A stretch of DNA of 63,996 nt, counting the filler, from Reclinomonas americana ATCC 50394 (taxonomy: Eukaryota): NCBI GenBank assembly GCA_048213135.1. It is 5 parts of 4 records of this genome, joined end to end, with 100 filler letters (N's around TTAATTAATTAA, not from the genome) between each part and the next. Parts side by side here need not be neighbours in the genome. Positions count along the whole stretch, not along the records: positions 27,324 to 49,472 come from PS015335.1; positions 49,573 to 54,409 come from PS015337.1; 3 more parts are not named here. The stretch is one strand, 5' to 3'. The translations under genes were made by a program, and so were the position numbers. Numbering within the stretch: position 1 is the stretch's first letter; each line of letters opens with the position of its first letter. Below the pieces are notes generated by a model. That model was not told the DNA's origin, made no database searches, and worked only from the letters and a program-made list of their open reading frames with translations. Positions 39,701-52,772 of this stretch are shown here, in pieces.

Positions 39701-40145
39701 CGGTGCTCTCCATGCGGTGTGTCTACATGCTGTGAGTGCGATTGATGAGTGTCAATGCTCACTGTTGGAAACAGCGTGAACAAGGACGCAGCAGATGGCT
39801 TCTTGGCTGATCTTCGAGAGGCCATCATGTCGGCAGCTCCGTCTGCGATTGCGACGACGGCTTCTGGAGAAGTGTGCACACAGCAGCCGAGGTCAGCGGG
39901 CTACAACTGTTGCTTAAGCACCTCGTCTGATACTGATTGCTGGTTGTTCCAGAACTCCATCGCCAGTCAGCATGCTGGTCGACACCGTAGTCTTCCAGCG
40001 CTCGCCTTCTCCTCCTCCTCCACCACCACCACCACCACCACCACCAGCAGTCCCCACTCGACCGGCTGCAACACTTGCACTGCCGCTGCGATCCGCCACA
40101 CCAGCGAAACCAATGCTGGTGCGCAAAACAACGGTGCGACGATGA
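33788..40145 (+). CDS. Large multi-exon hypothetical protein, Leu/Ala-rich and probably helical; may be more than one gene
   Basis: Series of AG/GT-bounded open frames (e.g. LVNLWDFLMTIRIHDK, LGFCPTCCAIC region, SDASWTLYSACF region) ending in a Pro-rich last exon; no family recognised; boundaries approximate. Confidence 0.5.
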
Positions 40146-40186
40146 ACGTGGATGACGCATCGACTGCATTACATTCGGGAGTGTAG

Positions 40187-41223
40187 CTATTCTGACATGG
40201 CTTCGGGAGCCGCCTCCTCTTCTCGTGATGGTAGTGCAATGCCCCTGCGCCAACGAGAGAGAGGAAATGTGAGGGACGAGGAACAGAGGGATGGGGCGAG
40301 CCGAAGGCGAGCAAGGAAGGTGAAGGGAGACGAACGAAAGAATATGAGAGGCGAGCAAAGGATGGGAAGAACACGAAAGAATGAAAGCAACAGCAGCGAG
40401 ATGAAACACGACACCAGGCAGAGCTCCCTCCCAATTCACCCCCCTTCACCCCGCTCTTCTCCCTTTCTCTCCCCCCTTCTTCTCACCTTGCCTCCGCCGC
40501 ACTCTTTGCACGCTTCAACAACCGCTCCTCCACAATGTTGGCCTCCTGGATGCGCAGATTCTTCTCCGCCAGCTCATACATGGCGTTCTCCAGCATGGCC
40601 AGCGCCTCACTCGATCCCATCTGCGACGACTTGCGTTTCCTGTTCACATCGTCGACTTCGGCGCGTGTCGAATCCAGCCGCGCCGTCGCCTGCCGTCCAT
40701 AGTCCTCCACCAGCGTGTTGCTCTTGCGCCACGCGTTGGGTCCATACTTTTTCGCCAGCTCCAGATTGATGATGCGCGTGCTCTGGTGCTGCAGCANNNN
40801 NNNNNNNNNNNNNNNNCTCTCTCTCTCTCTCTCTCTCTCTCCCTCCCTCCCTCCTCTTGTCCCCTTGCATCCCTCTCAATCACCTGCGACGCCACACCCT
40901 GCTCCGCACGCTGCAACAACGTCGCCAAGAACGGCGACTCCTACCAACCACACACACACACATGAGCCAAGCAACATCATACTTCCCTCAGAACAACGAC
41001 AACTACGAAACAAATCGCAGCTCATAAGGCGGGAACTCCTCCTTCACCCGCTGATGCTCCACATTGGTCGACACACCCGACGCGCGCAACTCCTGCTGGA
41101 TCATCGAGTGCACAAGCTGCTGCATGCGCGGGTCCTCCTACAGAGACAAGCAAAGAACGAGTGAGAAAAAGAGAAAGGAGATGGCCATGTCACACTTGCC
41201 TGCAACAACAAGCGACGGTGTGT

Positions 41224-41303
<80 letters not shown>

Positions 41304-41503
41304 GAGGAGAGAGAGAGGAGAGAGAGAGAGAGAGAGAGNNNNNNNNNNNNNNNNNNNNGCAAGTGTGTGTGTGCAAGTGTGTGCAAGTGTGTGAGAGAGA
41401 GAAGAGAAAGAGTGTGCACGTGTTTGTTTGTTTGTGCGGTTCACGCAACATATTCATGGTCGATGTACGGCAACGCGTCAATCTGCACCTCCTCGTCTTC
41501 CAT
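40187..41503 (-). CDS. BCAS2: Pre-mRNA splicing factor SPF27/BCAS2, internal gap at 40797-40816
   Basis: MEDEEVQIDALPYIDHEY, LVHSMIQQEL, QHQSTRIINLELAKKYGPNAW, VDDVNRKRKSSQ. Confidence 0.9.
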
Positions 41504-41599
41504 TGCACACGCACACGCACACACAAAAGAGCTTGACGATCAAAGTGCGATTCACCGTCTGATGCGATCGATGGATCTCGCTTTTTTTTTTTATGATTG

Positions 41600-41774
41600 A
41601 TGGAGCGTAGTTTGGCTGTTGCTCGAACGCTTCTTACGCGGCTGCCGCCGACGCGCTTCGCATTCGGTTATGGGTCGTCGTTTTTTGCGCAGACGAATTA
41701 TGCCGTGTCGACTTTGAAGGTGTGGGCGAGTGAGGGAAGGGAGAATGTGTGTGTCTCTCTCCGCGTTCTCTCTA

Positions 41775-41808
<34 letters not shown>

Positions 41809-44296
41809 GCACATTCAAGTCACTTGCAGTCTCTGTGAGATTTCCCTTGCATTTTTGACAGATTGTGCGAGTTGTCTTGCATCTTATCGCTTTCTCTCAT
41901 TCTCTCTCTCTCTTACACACACACACACCTCCATGCTACTCTACACGTGCACCTCTGTGCTCAATGCCTCAAGTGTCTCCCTGCGAGTTTTCTCTGTGGA
42001 ATCACGAGTTGTCTTGCATCTTGCTGTTGCTCTCTCTCACACACACCGTTCTCTTCATTCTCAATCTCACACTCTCCTTCCCCTCCCCCCTTCTCCCTCC
42101 CCTCCATCTCCCTCTCACTCTCTTCCTTTCCCTCCACACAGGCCCCCGTCGTGGACGTCGTCGTCGCGGTGGAGAACCCCGCCCTCTGGCATCACGAGAA
42201 CATGCTGTTGAATCGACAAGACTACTCCACGCTGGCGGTGCTCATGGGTTTGTCGTTTTATTTCGCGCCAACAGTGATCACCTTGATGCCGACGTGTGGC
42301 GCTGCAGGTGGTCGACTGGTGGGCGGAATCGCGCAGAGCTTTGGTGCACGAGTGTGGTACAATCCGTATGCCACTGTGGATGGAGTGGTGTGTTGTTGTA
42401 TCTCTTGCTCCATCTCTCTTTGCCGCCTTTCCCTTCTCACCACCCTCCCCCCCCCAGCGCGTCAAATACGGCGTGGTGAGCATGTCAGCACTGGAGAACG
42501 ACTTGCGGCATTGGGAAACACTATTCCTCGCCGGCCGGTTGCACAAGCCGGTGTGCACCACTCTTTGTCATGCCCTTCTTGCTTGTGCCCCCTGTGGCCT
42601 TACATTGTCGGTAGGTCAAGTTCATTCACGGCGAAGCCCCACTGCCGGAGCATCTGGAAGAGGCACTGCAGCAGAACCTACGTAGTGCGGTGTACACGGC
42701 GCTGCTGATGCTGCCAACGCACTTTACCGTGGGTGACTTGTACCAAAAGATCACTGGCCTCTCGTACACGGGTTTGTTTGCAGGCGTTTCTGCGGATCCC
42801 TCAGCAGATCACCGCTGACGTCTATGATGCAGGCGATCCACGCATGGGCATGGCAGAGAATCCCGACAAGGTGCACAACATTGTGCACGGTCACCTGCCG
42901 CTCTTTGAAGAGCTCTACGCACCACTCCTGCCATCCATACGTGGTCTCCACGCCAATGTCGACACTGGAAATTGCTCGGTGAGTGCCTTTCTCTCTCTAT
43001 CTCTGTTCATCTTGCCTGTGTGTCCGAGCGCTTCTGTCTGTCTGTCTGTCTCTTCATCTTGCGTGTGTGTGCAAGTGTGTCTGTCTGTCTCTCTGTCTGT
43101 CTGGCTGACTGTCTCTCTCTCTCTCTCTCTCTGTCTGTATCTCTCTCTGTGCGTGCGTGTGTGTGTGTGTGTGTGTCTGTGACAGCTGTCTGTCTGTCTG
43201 TCTGTCTGTCTCTCCGTCTCTCTCTCTCTCTCTCTGTGCGTGGGTGTCTGTGCGAGTGTGTGTCTGTCTGTCTCTCTCTATATGTCTCTCCTCTCTCTCT
43301 CTCTCTCGCTCTCTCTCTCTCTCTGTATGTGTGTGTGTGTTTTTCTGCCCTTCCTCTCACCGTTTTACAGTTTGACCACTCGCCCGAGTCCGTGGCGCAC
43401 GCGCTGAGTCAGCTCCCATGGTGGCTGCAGCAGGATGTGCTGGAGACGTGGCGCGGTGCCTCGCCACCAGAGCCACCGCGGGACGGTTTGTCGCGCTCCC
43501 ATCCTTCATTCCTTTCACCCCATTGTCAGCGCTGACGCAATCCCCATGCAGGCCTGCTGCGCATCACCTCGCTGGATCTGGTGGGCGAAACGGTCACCAT
43601 CTCCAACGTCGGCTACCTGCCAGTGTCACTCGAGGGGCACGTGCTGATGGATCACCAAACACACATTGGTCAGGCGAAGCGCGGACGATACACCTTCCCC
43701 GCCGGTGTGTGACAAAAGGAACTGTGATACGATGACATCGGTGCGCCACTGACGTCTGTGCGTTGCGTGAGCAGGAATGATGCTGGGTCCAGGCCGAGCG
43801 GTCACTCTGCACAGCGGGCCGCGAGCCAAGCGCACACGACAGTACGTTTGTTGATGGGAGAGATGATCTCGTAACCCGCTGACCCGCTGCTGCACAGAAC
43901 ATACGACGGCACCTCGCACATCAACTGGATGTACTATCGAGTGTGGAACAATGACGGTGATGTGGCGTATCTGCTGGACTCGCAAGGCGCCGAGGTGCAC
44001 CGTTTGGGACGTGGTCCGCGTGGTGAGCAGTCGCCTGCTCAGCGATCTTTTCCCCGCAACCGTTGTCTCACCACATGGCAGGCAACGATCCACTCTACGA
44101 GATGGCACTCCACGAGCACGATCGGGGGGCGTCACGCGTACCCTCGCTGGTCGAGCAGGCCGTCAGTCGACGGGTGCGCTCGAGCATGAATGGTCAGTAT
44201 TTCCTCGGTGTACTGTCGGCGGGCCCACTCGGCGCCCTCCGATATGTGCGGGAGAAGGTGGAGAAGAACTGGCGAGTGCGTGCCACGCGAAGGTGA
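41600..44296 (+). CDS. TAM41: Mitochondrial phosphatidate cytidylyltransferase TAM41 with inserted lamin-tail-like domain
   Basis: FAFGYGS, VDVVVAV, WHHENM, VKYGVVS, DLRHWETLFLAGRLHKPV, NLRSAV, GLSYTGDPRM..AENPDKVHNIV, and C-terminal Q..LGVLSAG...Y..EK..K. Confidence 0.92.
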
Positions 44297-44329
44297 CTCC
44301 AAGCGTGATTAAAGGGAAATAAAAGATTG

Positions 44330-45320
44330 AATGCATTGTGCTTCTCTCCTCATTCGGTCGGGGGAGAAGAATTGGCGCACATGCGTGCCAGGAGGATGAT
44401 AATTCCAAGCTTGGTGAAGAACGGAAACACTCTTTCCGTTGTGCTTCTCTCTGCGCGCATGAAGCGGTCCGGAGAGAATGATGCGTCAAGCGTAATACGA
44501 AAGAGGAAAGACTCCATCGTTGTGCTTCTCTCGTCGTGCCTGCTGCGGCCCAGAGAGAAGCATAGACGACGAAGAAAAGATTGGATCCATTGCTTCTCTC
44601 TGCGTGCATGAAGTGACCCGGGGGCGAAGCAAAGGCAGCAGAGAAAGACTGCATCCATTGCTTCTCTCTGCGTGCACGAAGCGGCGCAGGGAAGGACTGG
44701 AATCAGAGAAAGACTATTCTCCACTGTGCTTCCTTCCGCCTGCCAGAAGCGGCCTTAAGCTTGGGAGAAGAAAAGGAAGAAGGAGGAGAAGAAGAAGGAG
44801 AGGAAGAAGAAGAAGAAGAAGAAGAAGAACACCAATAACAACAACAACAACAACAACAACATCAACAACAAGAACAAGAACAAGAACAAGAAGACCAAGA
44901 AGAAGAAGCCACGCGAAGGAAATTCCAGAGGTAATGCTGGAGCCATTGTGCTTCGAAGCTTCCCCTCCGCTTGCGTGAAGTGACAGTGCCACACGAAGAA
45001 ACTGCACGCGACATTGAGGGCAAAAGATGCTTGCATCCTTGTGCTTTCCTCCACATGCCTGAAGCGACCGTGCCACACGAAGGAACTCCACGCGACATTG
45101 ACGGCAGGAGATGACTGCATCCTTGTGTTTCCCTCCGCGTGTCTGAAGCGACCGCGCTACACGAAAGACGTTGAAGGCAACAGATGCTTGCATCCAGCGC
45201 GCCTCCCTCCACATGCCAGAAACGACCTGTGGAGCAAAAACTGGCAAGCACAATCGTGATTAAAGAAAAGAAAGATTGGATCCATTGTGTTTTCCCCCGC
45301 GTGCCTGTGAAGCAGGTGCA
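44330..45320. repeat. Degenerate tandem repeat array between TAM41 and LEO1
   Basis: Roughly a dozen copies of CCATTGTGCTTCYCTC..GCGTGC.TGAAGCG.CC-like core at 60-90 bp spacing, split by (GAA)n/(CAA)n at 44770-44910. Confidence 0.7.
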
Positions 45321-45333
45321 CCGCGCGCGTATG

Positions 45334-48256
45334 CTACTCATCGTCCTCGTCCATCAGCACACGACCACCCTCACGCGCCACGTGCCGCACAAGTTTCCGT
45401 GGCGGCGCCTTTGCCGGTGCAGCGGCTGGTTTCTTCGCGGTCTTTTTCCTGACATCTTCCTCCTCCTCTTCCTCCTCGTCCTCATCATCATCATCCTCCT
45501 CCTCCTCCTCCTCCTCATCGTCGTCGTCTTCCTCGTCGTCCGAGCTGGACGAGTCATCCGAGGCCGACGATGACGACGATGAATCGGACGAGCTCGAGTC
45601 CGACTCCGACGCCTCCTCCTTGTCTTTTTTCTTGGTGACACGACCGACCTTGCCGGAGGTTGCCTGATGTGCGAGGAACGGTGGGCGGGGTGAGGGGAAG
45701 AGCAAAGTGAGGAAGGCGAACTCACCTTGCTCTTCTTGATCGCCGGCGCTCCGTCGTCGCCGCCACCGCGCGCTGTTCGTTTGCTGCAATAGAGTAATGA
45801 ATGAAGAAGACACACGCTGAAGGTATGAGGCGGAGAAGATGGAGCGTACCCACTGCACAATAGACAGGAGATGGTGAGACACAGCACTCGAGGAGGAAAC
45901 AGAAATGAGAAGCAACGCACGTGACAGTAGTGCGGACTCGGCCCACAGCTCCGCCCTGCAGACGAGGTGAGAAGACGAATCTCTCCAACGAGAGTCACTT
46001 CCATCACTCACCTTCTTGGCGCTCAGCAGGCGCCGGTGACCCTCATCGTCGTCGTCTTCTGTGGCGAAACGCATCTGCCCCGGTCGCCATTGTGATCCCC
46101 TGTATAGCGAGGAGTGTGAGAAAACAAACAAAGGAGGCACAAGTTGCTCAGGCCGCAACTCGGCATCGTCGTCGTCGCGACTGAGATCGGCACCCTCTAG
46201 CGCCGGCGTTGACCATCGACCACCATTCTGCACTTGCTCGGCCGCCCGCCGCTTCCGTCGTCGCTTGCCGTGCTTTTCTTCCAGTTCGCGCAGCCGCTCC
46301 TCGAGATTCGACTCGGCCAGCACGACGGCCTTGCGAGTGGACTGGCGCGAGAGCAGGTCGATTTCACGCGAGCGGGTCAGGGCCTTGCTCGCGTCGGCCA
46401 CCAGTGACCAGCGGGAGGCGATGGAGCCCTGCGGGGGAGGCGAGGGGAAGGGAGGGGAGGGGGAGGAGGAGTGAGGGGGAAGGAGGGGGAAGGGAGGGGG
46501 AGAGCGAGAGGGGAGAGCGAGAGGAGAGCGAGAGGGGGAAGAGCGAGAGAAGGAGAGAGCGAGAGGGGNNNNNNNNNNNNNNNNNNNNNNNNNNNNNNNN
46601 NNNNNNNNNNNNNNNNNNNNNNNNNNNNNNNNNNNNNNNNNNNNNNNNNNNNNNNNNNNNNNNNNNNNNNNNNNNNNNNNNNNNNNNNNNNNNNNNNNNN
46701 NNNNNNNNNNNNNNNNNNNNNNNNNNNNNNNNNNNNNNNNNNNNNNNNNNNNNNNNNNNGAGGGAGAGCGAGGGGAAGGGAAGGGAAGGGAAGGGAAGGG
46801 AAGGGAGAGGAGAGGAGAGGAGAAGGAGAAGGGAGAGGGAGAAGGGAGAGGGTGAGAGGGGAGAGCGAGAGGGGAAGCGAGAGGGGAGAGCGAGAGGGAA
46901 GAGCGAGAGGGAGAAAACCAGAGGGGAGAGCGAGAGGGCGAGAGCGAGAGGGGGAGCGAGAGTGACAGAGTGGTACGAAGAGAGAGTGAGAGAGTGAGAA
47001 TTACAAGAAAGAGATTGAAAGATGAAGATAGAAAGAGCGACAGCGATGAAGGATGGGAGAGGAAAAGAGTGAATGACGAATGAGAGTGAAAGGGAAGTGA
47101 ATAATGCAGCGAATATTGTGCAGGCGAGAAGAGAGAGAAAGAAGAGAAAGGTTTGAGAAAGAGAGAGAAGAGTGGAGAGAAGAGAAACGAGAGAGAATGA
47201 GCGAGAAAGACAAAGAGAGAAAGACAAGAGAAACAGACGGAGGGGAGAGTGAGAGAGAGAGAGAGGAGTTGACCATCGTCATTGGGACATAAGTCCGACA
47301 ACAAAAACACCAAACTTCGCAGAGGCCAATCGAGGAAGACATGTTGAAGAGGTCGATCTCGCCCTCTGGCTGATGCTCCCTGATCGAGTACCACTGCGCA
47401 GAAGAAAGATGAGTTGCACAAACTAACATGAGCAGTGACTGCGTTGAAGCAGCGCACCTGATCACCGACATGCAGTGTCATGCTGTTGTCCGACCACCGA
47501 ATCACGCGGGCATTGCTTTGTGGTGCCTGTGATACAAGTCAGCAAAGAAGAACTCTTGACATGACGTGCACGACAGTACCGCACCCCATGCTCGTCCAGC
47601 TTCCATCGAATAATGTCACGCACACGCAGCCGCTCTTCCAACTCCTTGATCCTCGCCTCCAGCACTTTTTCGTCCTCGGGTTCATCCGCGCCTACCGAGC
47701 ACAAGAGTGAGCTCCACAGAGCGCAGAGTGTCGATAAAGTGTGCACACTCACCAGGCCAATCGTCATCGTCATCCACGCGGCCAGCTTTGCGATTGCGCA
47801 CTCGCTCCAGCTTGCGCACGTTGCGGGAGGCCTCGTCGAGGAGGGCCTTGTACTTTTCGGTGGAGTGGAGTTCGGGGTCGAACTTGGCGCCGGTAGTGCG
47901 AAGGAGGTACATCTGAACAGGGGGAGGAAAGGGGGACGGGAAAGGGGAGGGGAAGGGGGAGGGGGAAAGGGTGAGGGGAGGGGAGGAGAGGGGAGGGGAA
48001 AGGAGAAGCAGGGGTACGGAGCAGAAAATACTCGCTCAACAGCGTGCAGGAGAGGAAACAAGCGTGCACGTTCCTGGGTACTATGGGTAGACATCGTGGC
48101 GAGAGTGGAGATGAGGATGCAGCATCAGCAAAAAAGGGAGAGGGAGAGAGGGAGAGAGAGAGGGGAGAGAAAGCGCACAGAGAGACAGTGGTGCGAGGAC
48201 TTGAAGCGCCAAGAGCACATTGAATGCAGAGCGGACAGAGTGACGGAAACAAGGAG

Positions 48257-48332
<76 letters not shown>

Positions 48333-49106
48333 GAGACGAGACGACGAGAAAGAAANNNNNNNNNNNNNNNNNNNNGAGGAAGGCAGACGCAGGAAGAAAA
48401 ACAGAAAACCGAGACAGAGCGCACGGAATACAAATAGAGGTGAATCGCCAGAGGGACCCCTTCATGCACTTCACCTTCTTGGCACCGCTGACGTGATCCA
48501 GTGGTGGCACCGAGATGGTGTCGGGAACATTCTGCACGCGATATCTGCCCCAGAAATGCGGTAAGCTCACGCGATGACGAAGATTCGCACGCTCATCCAT
48601 CGCAACTGCTGCGGCTGCTTCTTCTGCTTTGGCGCCGCGGCCTTGTCCTGCGCCTGCTTCTTCTTCTTGCTCAGCGCAGACTTGCGTCCACGCGCGCTCT
48701 CCTGCCCACCGGCGCTATCACTGCTGCTCTCCTCCGCCATCTCCTGGTCCTCGCCTTGCTGGTCGAGCATGTAGGCATCCGGCACTGCAGACGCACGAGG
48801 TAAGAGAGGTGAATGCAAAAGCAGAAGCTACCAACGAACCGTCAGCATCACCACCATCGTCATCATCGTCGCCACCGTCGCCAAACAAGTCGTCGTCCAC
48901 CGACGATGTCGCTGCCGCCGATGTGGCTGCTGCCGAGGCGGCGGATGCACCGGTCGACGCGGGCTTCTCCGGCGACTTGTCGTCCCCGTCAGACTCCTCG
49001 TCGGGTGCAAACAGTGGCTCGGATTCGACTGCCGCACTGTGCTTCTTTTTCGGTCGCACGGGTGGTGATTCGGGGCGCTCGGGTGGGGCAGGGGTGTCGG
49101 TCTCGA
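45334..49106 (-). CDS. LEO1: RNA polymerase II-associated PAF1 complex subunit LEO1, 5' truncated
   Basis: RVRDIIRWK, QSNARVIRWSDNSMTLHVGDQ, DDDLFGD acidic N-terminal region, RRLLSAKK and acidic tail. Confidence 0.82.
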
Positions 49107-49411
49107 CTGCGGGGTGGAAGGGAGGGTGATGAGGGGGAGGAGTGGTGGGAGGGGGAGGGAGGGGGGAGAGGGAGGGAGAGAGAAGAAGAAAGAATGCAGA
49201 GGCTTTGAGGCATGCATTGAGAGGAAGACATGAAGGGCGATGGCACAAGGCGATGCGATGAGAGTAAAACGCAGCGAGAGGACAAGAGAGTGAGCGTGCA
49301 AAGAGAAGAAGGGAGGAACGCAAAGACATTAGGAAAGGCAATGACAAGGGAATGCAGTGAGAATGCAAGGAGGACGATAGGAGAAAAAAGAGAAAGACCT
49401 ACATCGTAGGG

Positions 49412-49452
<41 letters not shown>

Positions 49453-50095
49453 AGTAGAATAGACGAAGGGAGNNNNNNNNNNNNNNNNNNNNNNNNNNNN
49501 NNNNNNNNNNNNNNNNTTAATTAATTAANNNNNNNNNNNNNNNNNNNNNNNNNNNNNNNNNNNNNNNNNNNNGGGGAAGGGGAAGGAGAAGGGGAAGGGG
49601 AAGGGGAAGGGAGAAGGGGGCAGGACCAGGAGGAAACGAACAGGGAAAGGAGAAGGGGAAGGGGAAGGAGAAGGAGAATGAGGGGGAAAGAGGGAGAAAG
49701 AGGCAGCAAAGGAGGAAAGGAGGAATGAGAGCGAAGGAGAGCAGAGAGGGAGAGAGAGGGAGAATGAGGAAGACGGAAAGGGGGAAGGGCAGAGACGAGA
49801 GGAAATGACACAACCTGCGGCCAACTCGGCATTGCTGACGCTGTTAAAACAGGATGAACATGACGGATTGCGCGAAGGATGCGCAGCAGTGTTCAGCACA
49901 TGAGAGAGAAGGAAATAAGGGAAATGGCAAAGAGAAGCAAGCGACAAGATCGGGCTTGCTCTCACTCGGCTAATGAGGAGTCCATCGAATGATAGAAGGA
50001 GACATATTTGCTCTCACTGGCCACAAGAGGTTCGACGGACGCGATGATCGACATGGCTGAGTTCTCAGATCGCCCCCGCCAGCCACCCAACATAC

Positions 50096-52444
50096 CTTCA
50101 CAGAATGATCACCCGTGTACGATCCATCGTAGTGGGTGTAGATGCCGGAGGCGTACGAGAAAAAGTCGCCAAACACTGCACAGGGGAAAGAGGTGAGCGA
50201 GCAAAGAGAAGGCAACACACGAGGTGATCCACGCGTGCACTGACCCGACATGACCGCCGACAGGGGTCCTTCCGTGAAGAGGTCAGCTGTGGGAGGCAAG
50301 TAAGCGTGTGCCGCAAAGGCCAAGAGACATCATCACGCACGCAACTGCGCATGGTGGTCTCGTCGCCCAGGTGCGCAAGGGAGTTCGTGGAGGAGAAGAA
50401 GCGCTTCGTCGAGTCCTTGCAATCCTGTGTCAAAGGAACCGACAATTAGCTGCCACTCCCTGGAAGCAGCTCTGTACGCACAAACATGGACACGAACCGA
50501 AGGCTCAGAGCTGCAGGTCGGAGCGACGCCGTTGTGCGACGTGTAGGGGAAGCACTCGGAGGTCGGCACACCGTGCTTTTCGAGATACTGCGTCACGACA
50601 GCTGTCACATGAGCCGATGCATTGCAACAGCGGCACGAGTCTGTGGACGCAACTCTCCAGGCGCGATCCAGGAAACCACCGCTGCAGCCTGTGATGCGAT
50701 AAAAGGATGTCAATCGCACGCCAAAATTGAGAGGCAGTGGGAATTGAGTGCGAACCCATGTCGGCCGTGTCGCAGCTGACCATGTCTTGCACGCTCAGTG
50801 GTAGCTGCACACATGAGTAAGGCACTTGACCACTCGCAGCAAGAACGCGACAGGTTGTCGATACGCACCAAGGATGAGTTGCCGCCGTTGGCGATGCAGA
50901 GACGCTCGCTGAATGATTGCACGGCAGCGAATGCCCAAGAGGAGCCGCACTGCGAGGAGGGGGAAGGTGAGCATGAAGGTGGGGGAGGGAAGGCAAGAGG
51001 AAGGACAAGAGAGAGAGAAAAGAATAAGAGGCATCACAACGGGATGCGCAGACTCATGTACAGCGAGAAGGAGAGAAAGAAAGAAAGAATGAGAGAGAGA
51101 GAGGGAGAGAGAGAGAGAAGAAGAAGAATACAAGCACACAAAGCAGCCCACAACTCACCGGCCCTTGATCAGCAATCGCATTCATGCAGTCGGGCCATTG
51201 ATTCCGCGCATCAAACCTGCGTACATCCACGTATAAGAGACTTGTGAAGATCACCAACAATTGTGATAGCGGTGCACGACGCACGACGACGGGAGGCGTA
51301 TTGAGTGCAGATAGAGCGGCGGTGCATCAATGTTCGCACGCTCCAGTCTCGGCGACAACATGGAACGCGCATCGGCGACGGTCATTCGGGCAAATCTTGA
51401 ATGCCGTGCCGCGCGCCACAGGCCATCCGGTCGCGCATTAATCCTCCGAATCATGTCATCGTTGAGCAGTGGCATCGAGCCGTCGTCGTCGTCGTCGTCG
51501 TCAATAACAGGGTCGGCGATCTCCACCAGATTCAATGGCGTCACCTCGATGCGGCCGTCGTTTCCGTCCTCCACATCAAAGTCGAAGCGCACACACGTAA
51601 TCTCCACCGTGCCGTCCTCCGCCGACACTGTGATGTTGCCGGCGTAGCGTCCGGCGGGGAATGTCGGTGGCAGCTCTGCTGTGTAGTTGTTGGTGTATGG
51701 GCCGAGGGGGACTGCACACGAGGGAGATGATAAGGATGAGGGTGCGGAAAAGAACAGATAGGAGAGTGGGATGCACGGCGCACTTGGGCACTTGATTGTG
51801 GTTTGCGGATCGCAGAGCGGCAGGTGCTGGTCCAACAGTTCGTGGCTATTGTACGCAATGGCTGTGTGGAGGGGGAGGAGAGGTTGGAAATGGAGACCAG
51901 AGATATAGAGGGCAGACAAACACGCACCAATGTGCAGCGTGGCCGAGTCCGGCAGCTTGTCCAGCACGTTGCCGACGAGTGACACGGTGAAGGGCTGGCG
52001 GAGGGAGAGAGAGAGCGGTGAGGGGGGATAGAGGAGAGGGAATGAGAGAGAGAGAGAGAGAAAGGGAGAAGGCAGACAACAGGATGCGAAAACGACACAA
52101 CAAGGCGCTTTACCTGGGGAGAGTGAACGAGAAAGAGAGAGAGAGAGGAGGGAGACAGAGACAGACAGAGAGAGAGAGAGAGAAAGAGCACACAGACAAG
52201 CAGAGAACAAGCAGCTGAGCAAGTGAGAGACAAGGTAGACAAGGGTGTTCCATTGAGAGAGAGAGAGGGAGAGAGAGAGAGAGAAGGCGAGACCTCACCT
52301 TATTACGCAGCGGAGGACTTGGAGTCACAGACAACGAGTCAATGCGGAAGAGAGCCTTTGAGGTCGAGCACTGCGCGCGCGCACACACAACCGGTCACGA
52401 TCAACAACAATACGTCATTCACACAATGCACACACTCACACACA

Positions 52445-52476
<32 letters not shown>

Positions 52477-52572
52477 GCACACACAACTCGACGCAACAAT
52501 AGTGATATCAGCCACGACCGAGTGCGATGCGAGTGCGAGAAGAAGTGCAAGACTGACAATGAGCACATGCAT
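50096..52572 (-). CDS. Secreted ML (MD-2/NPC2-like) domain + cathepsin B-like protein with catalytic Cys to Ser; 3' end unresolved
   Basis: Signal peptide; CSTSKALFRIDSLSVTPSPP...LPLCD...KCPVPLGPY...LPPTFPAGRY...EITCVRF (ML-like); propeptide; FDARNQWPDC, DQGPCGSSWAF, SVQDMVSCD, GCSGG, DFFSYASGIY, GDHSVK. Confidence 0.82.
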
Positions 52573-52772
52573 TCTCGCAGCAGCAGCACCACTGCTCTCT
52601 CCTCCACATGCTCGTCGTTCTCGCGCGAGCCACTGTAATGACACACTGTGCATGTTCTCCCGTTCGTCACACAGAGACACACAACGAACGATGATTGATT
52701 GGAAGGACACTCGCGACGTTTCATTTGTTGTTCTGCCAACGTCTAGTCGTCGTCGTCGTCTTCTGTGCAGCG

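Noticed and set aside
40184..40189. Abutting convergent stop codons (TAGCTA)
   Set aside because: The phase of the preceding donor (AG|GTCAGC) favours the Pro-rich frame ending at 40145, leaving about 40 bp between genes.
44330..45320. CRISPR-like array
   Set aside because: Repeats are degenerate, linkers resemble each other, no cas genes, eukaryotic context.
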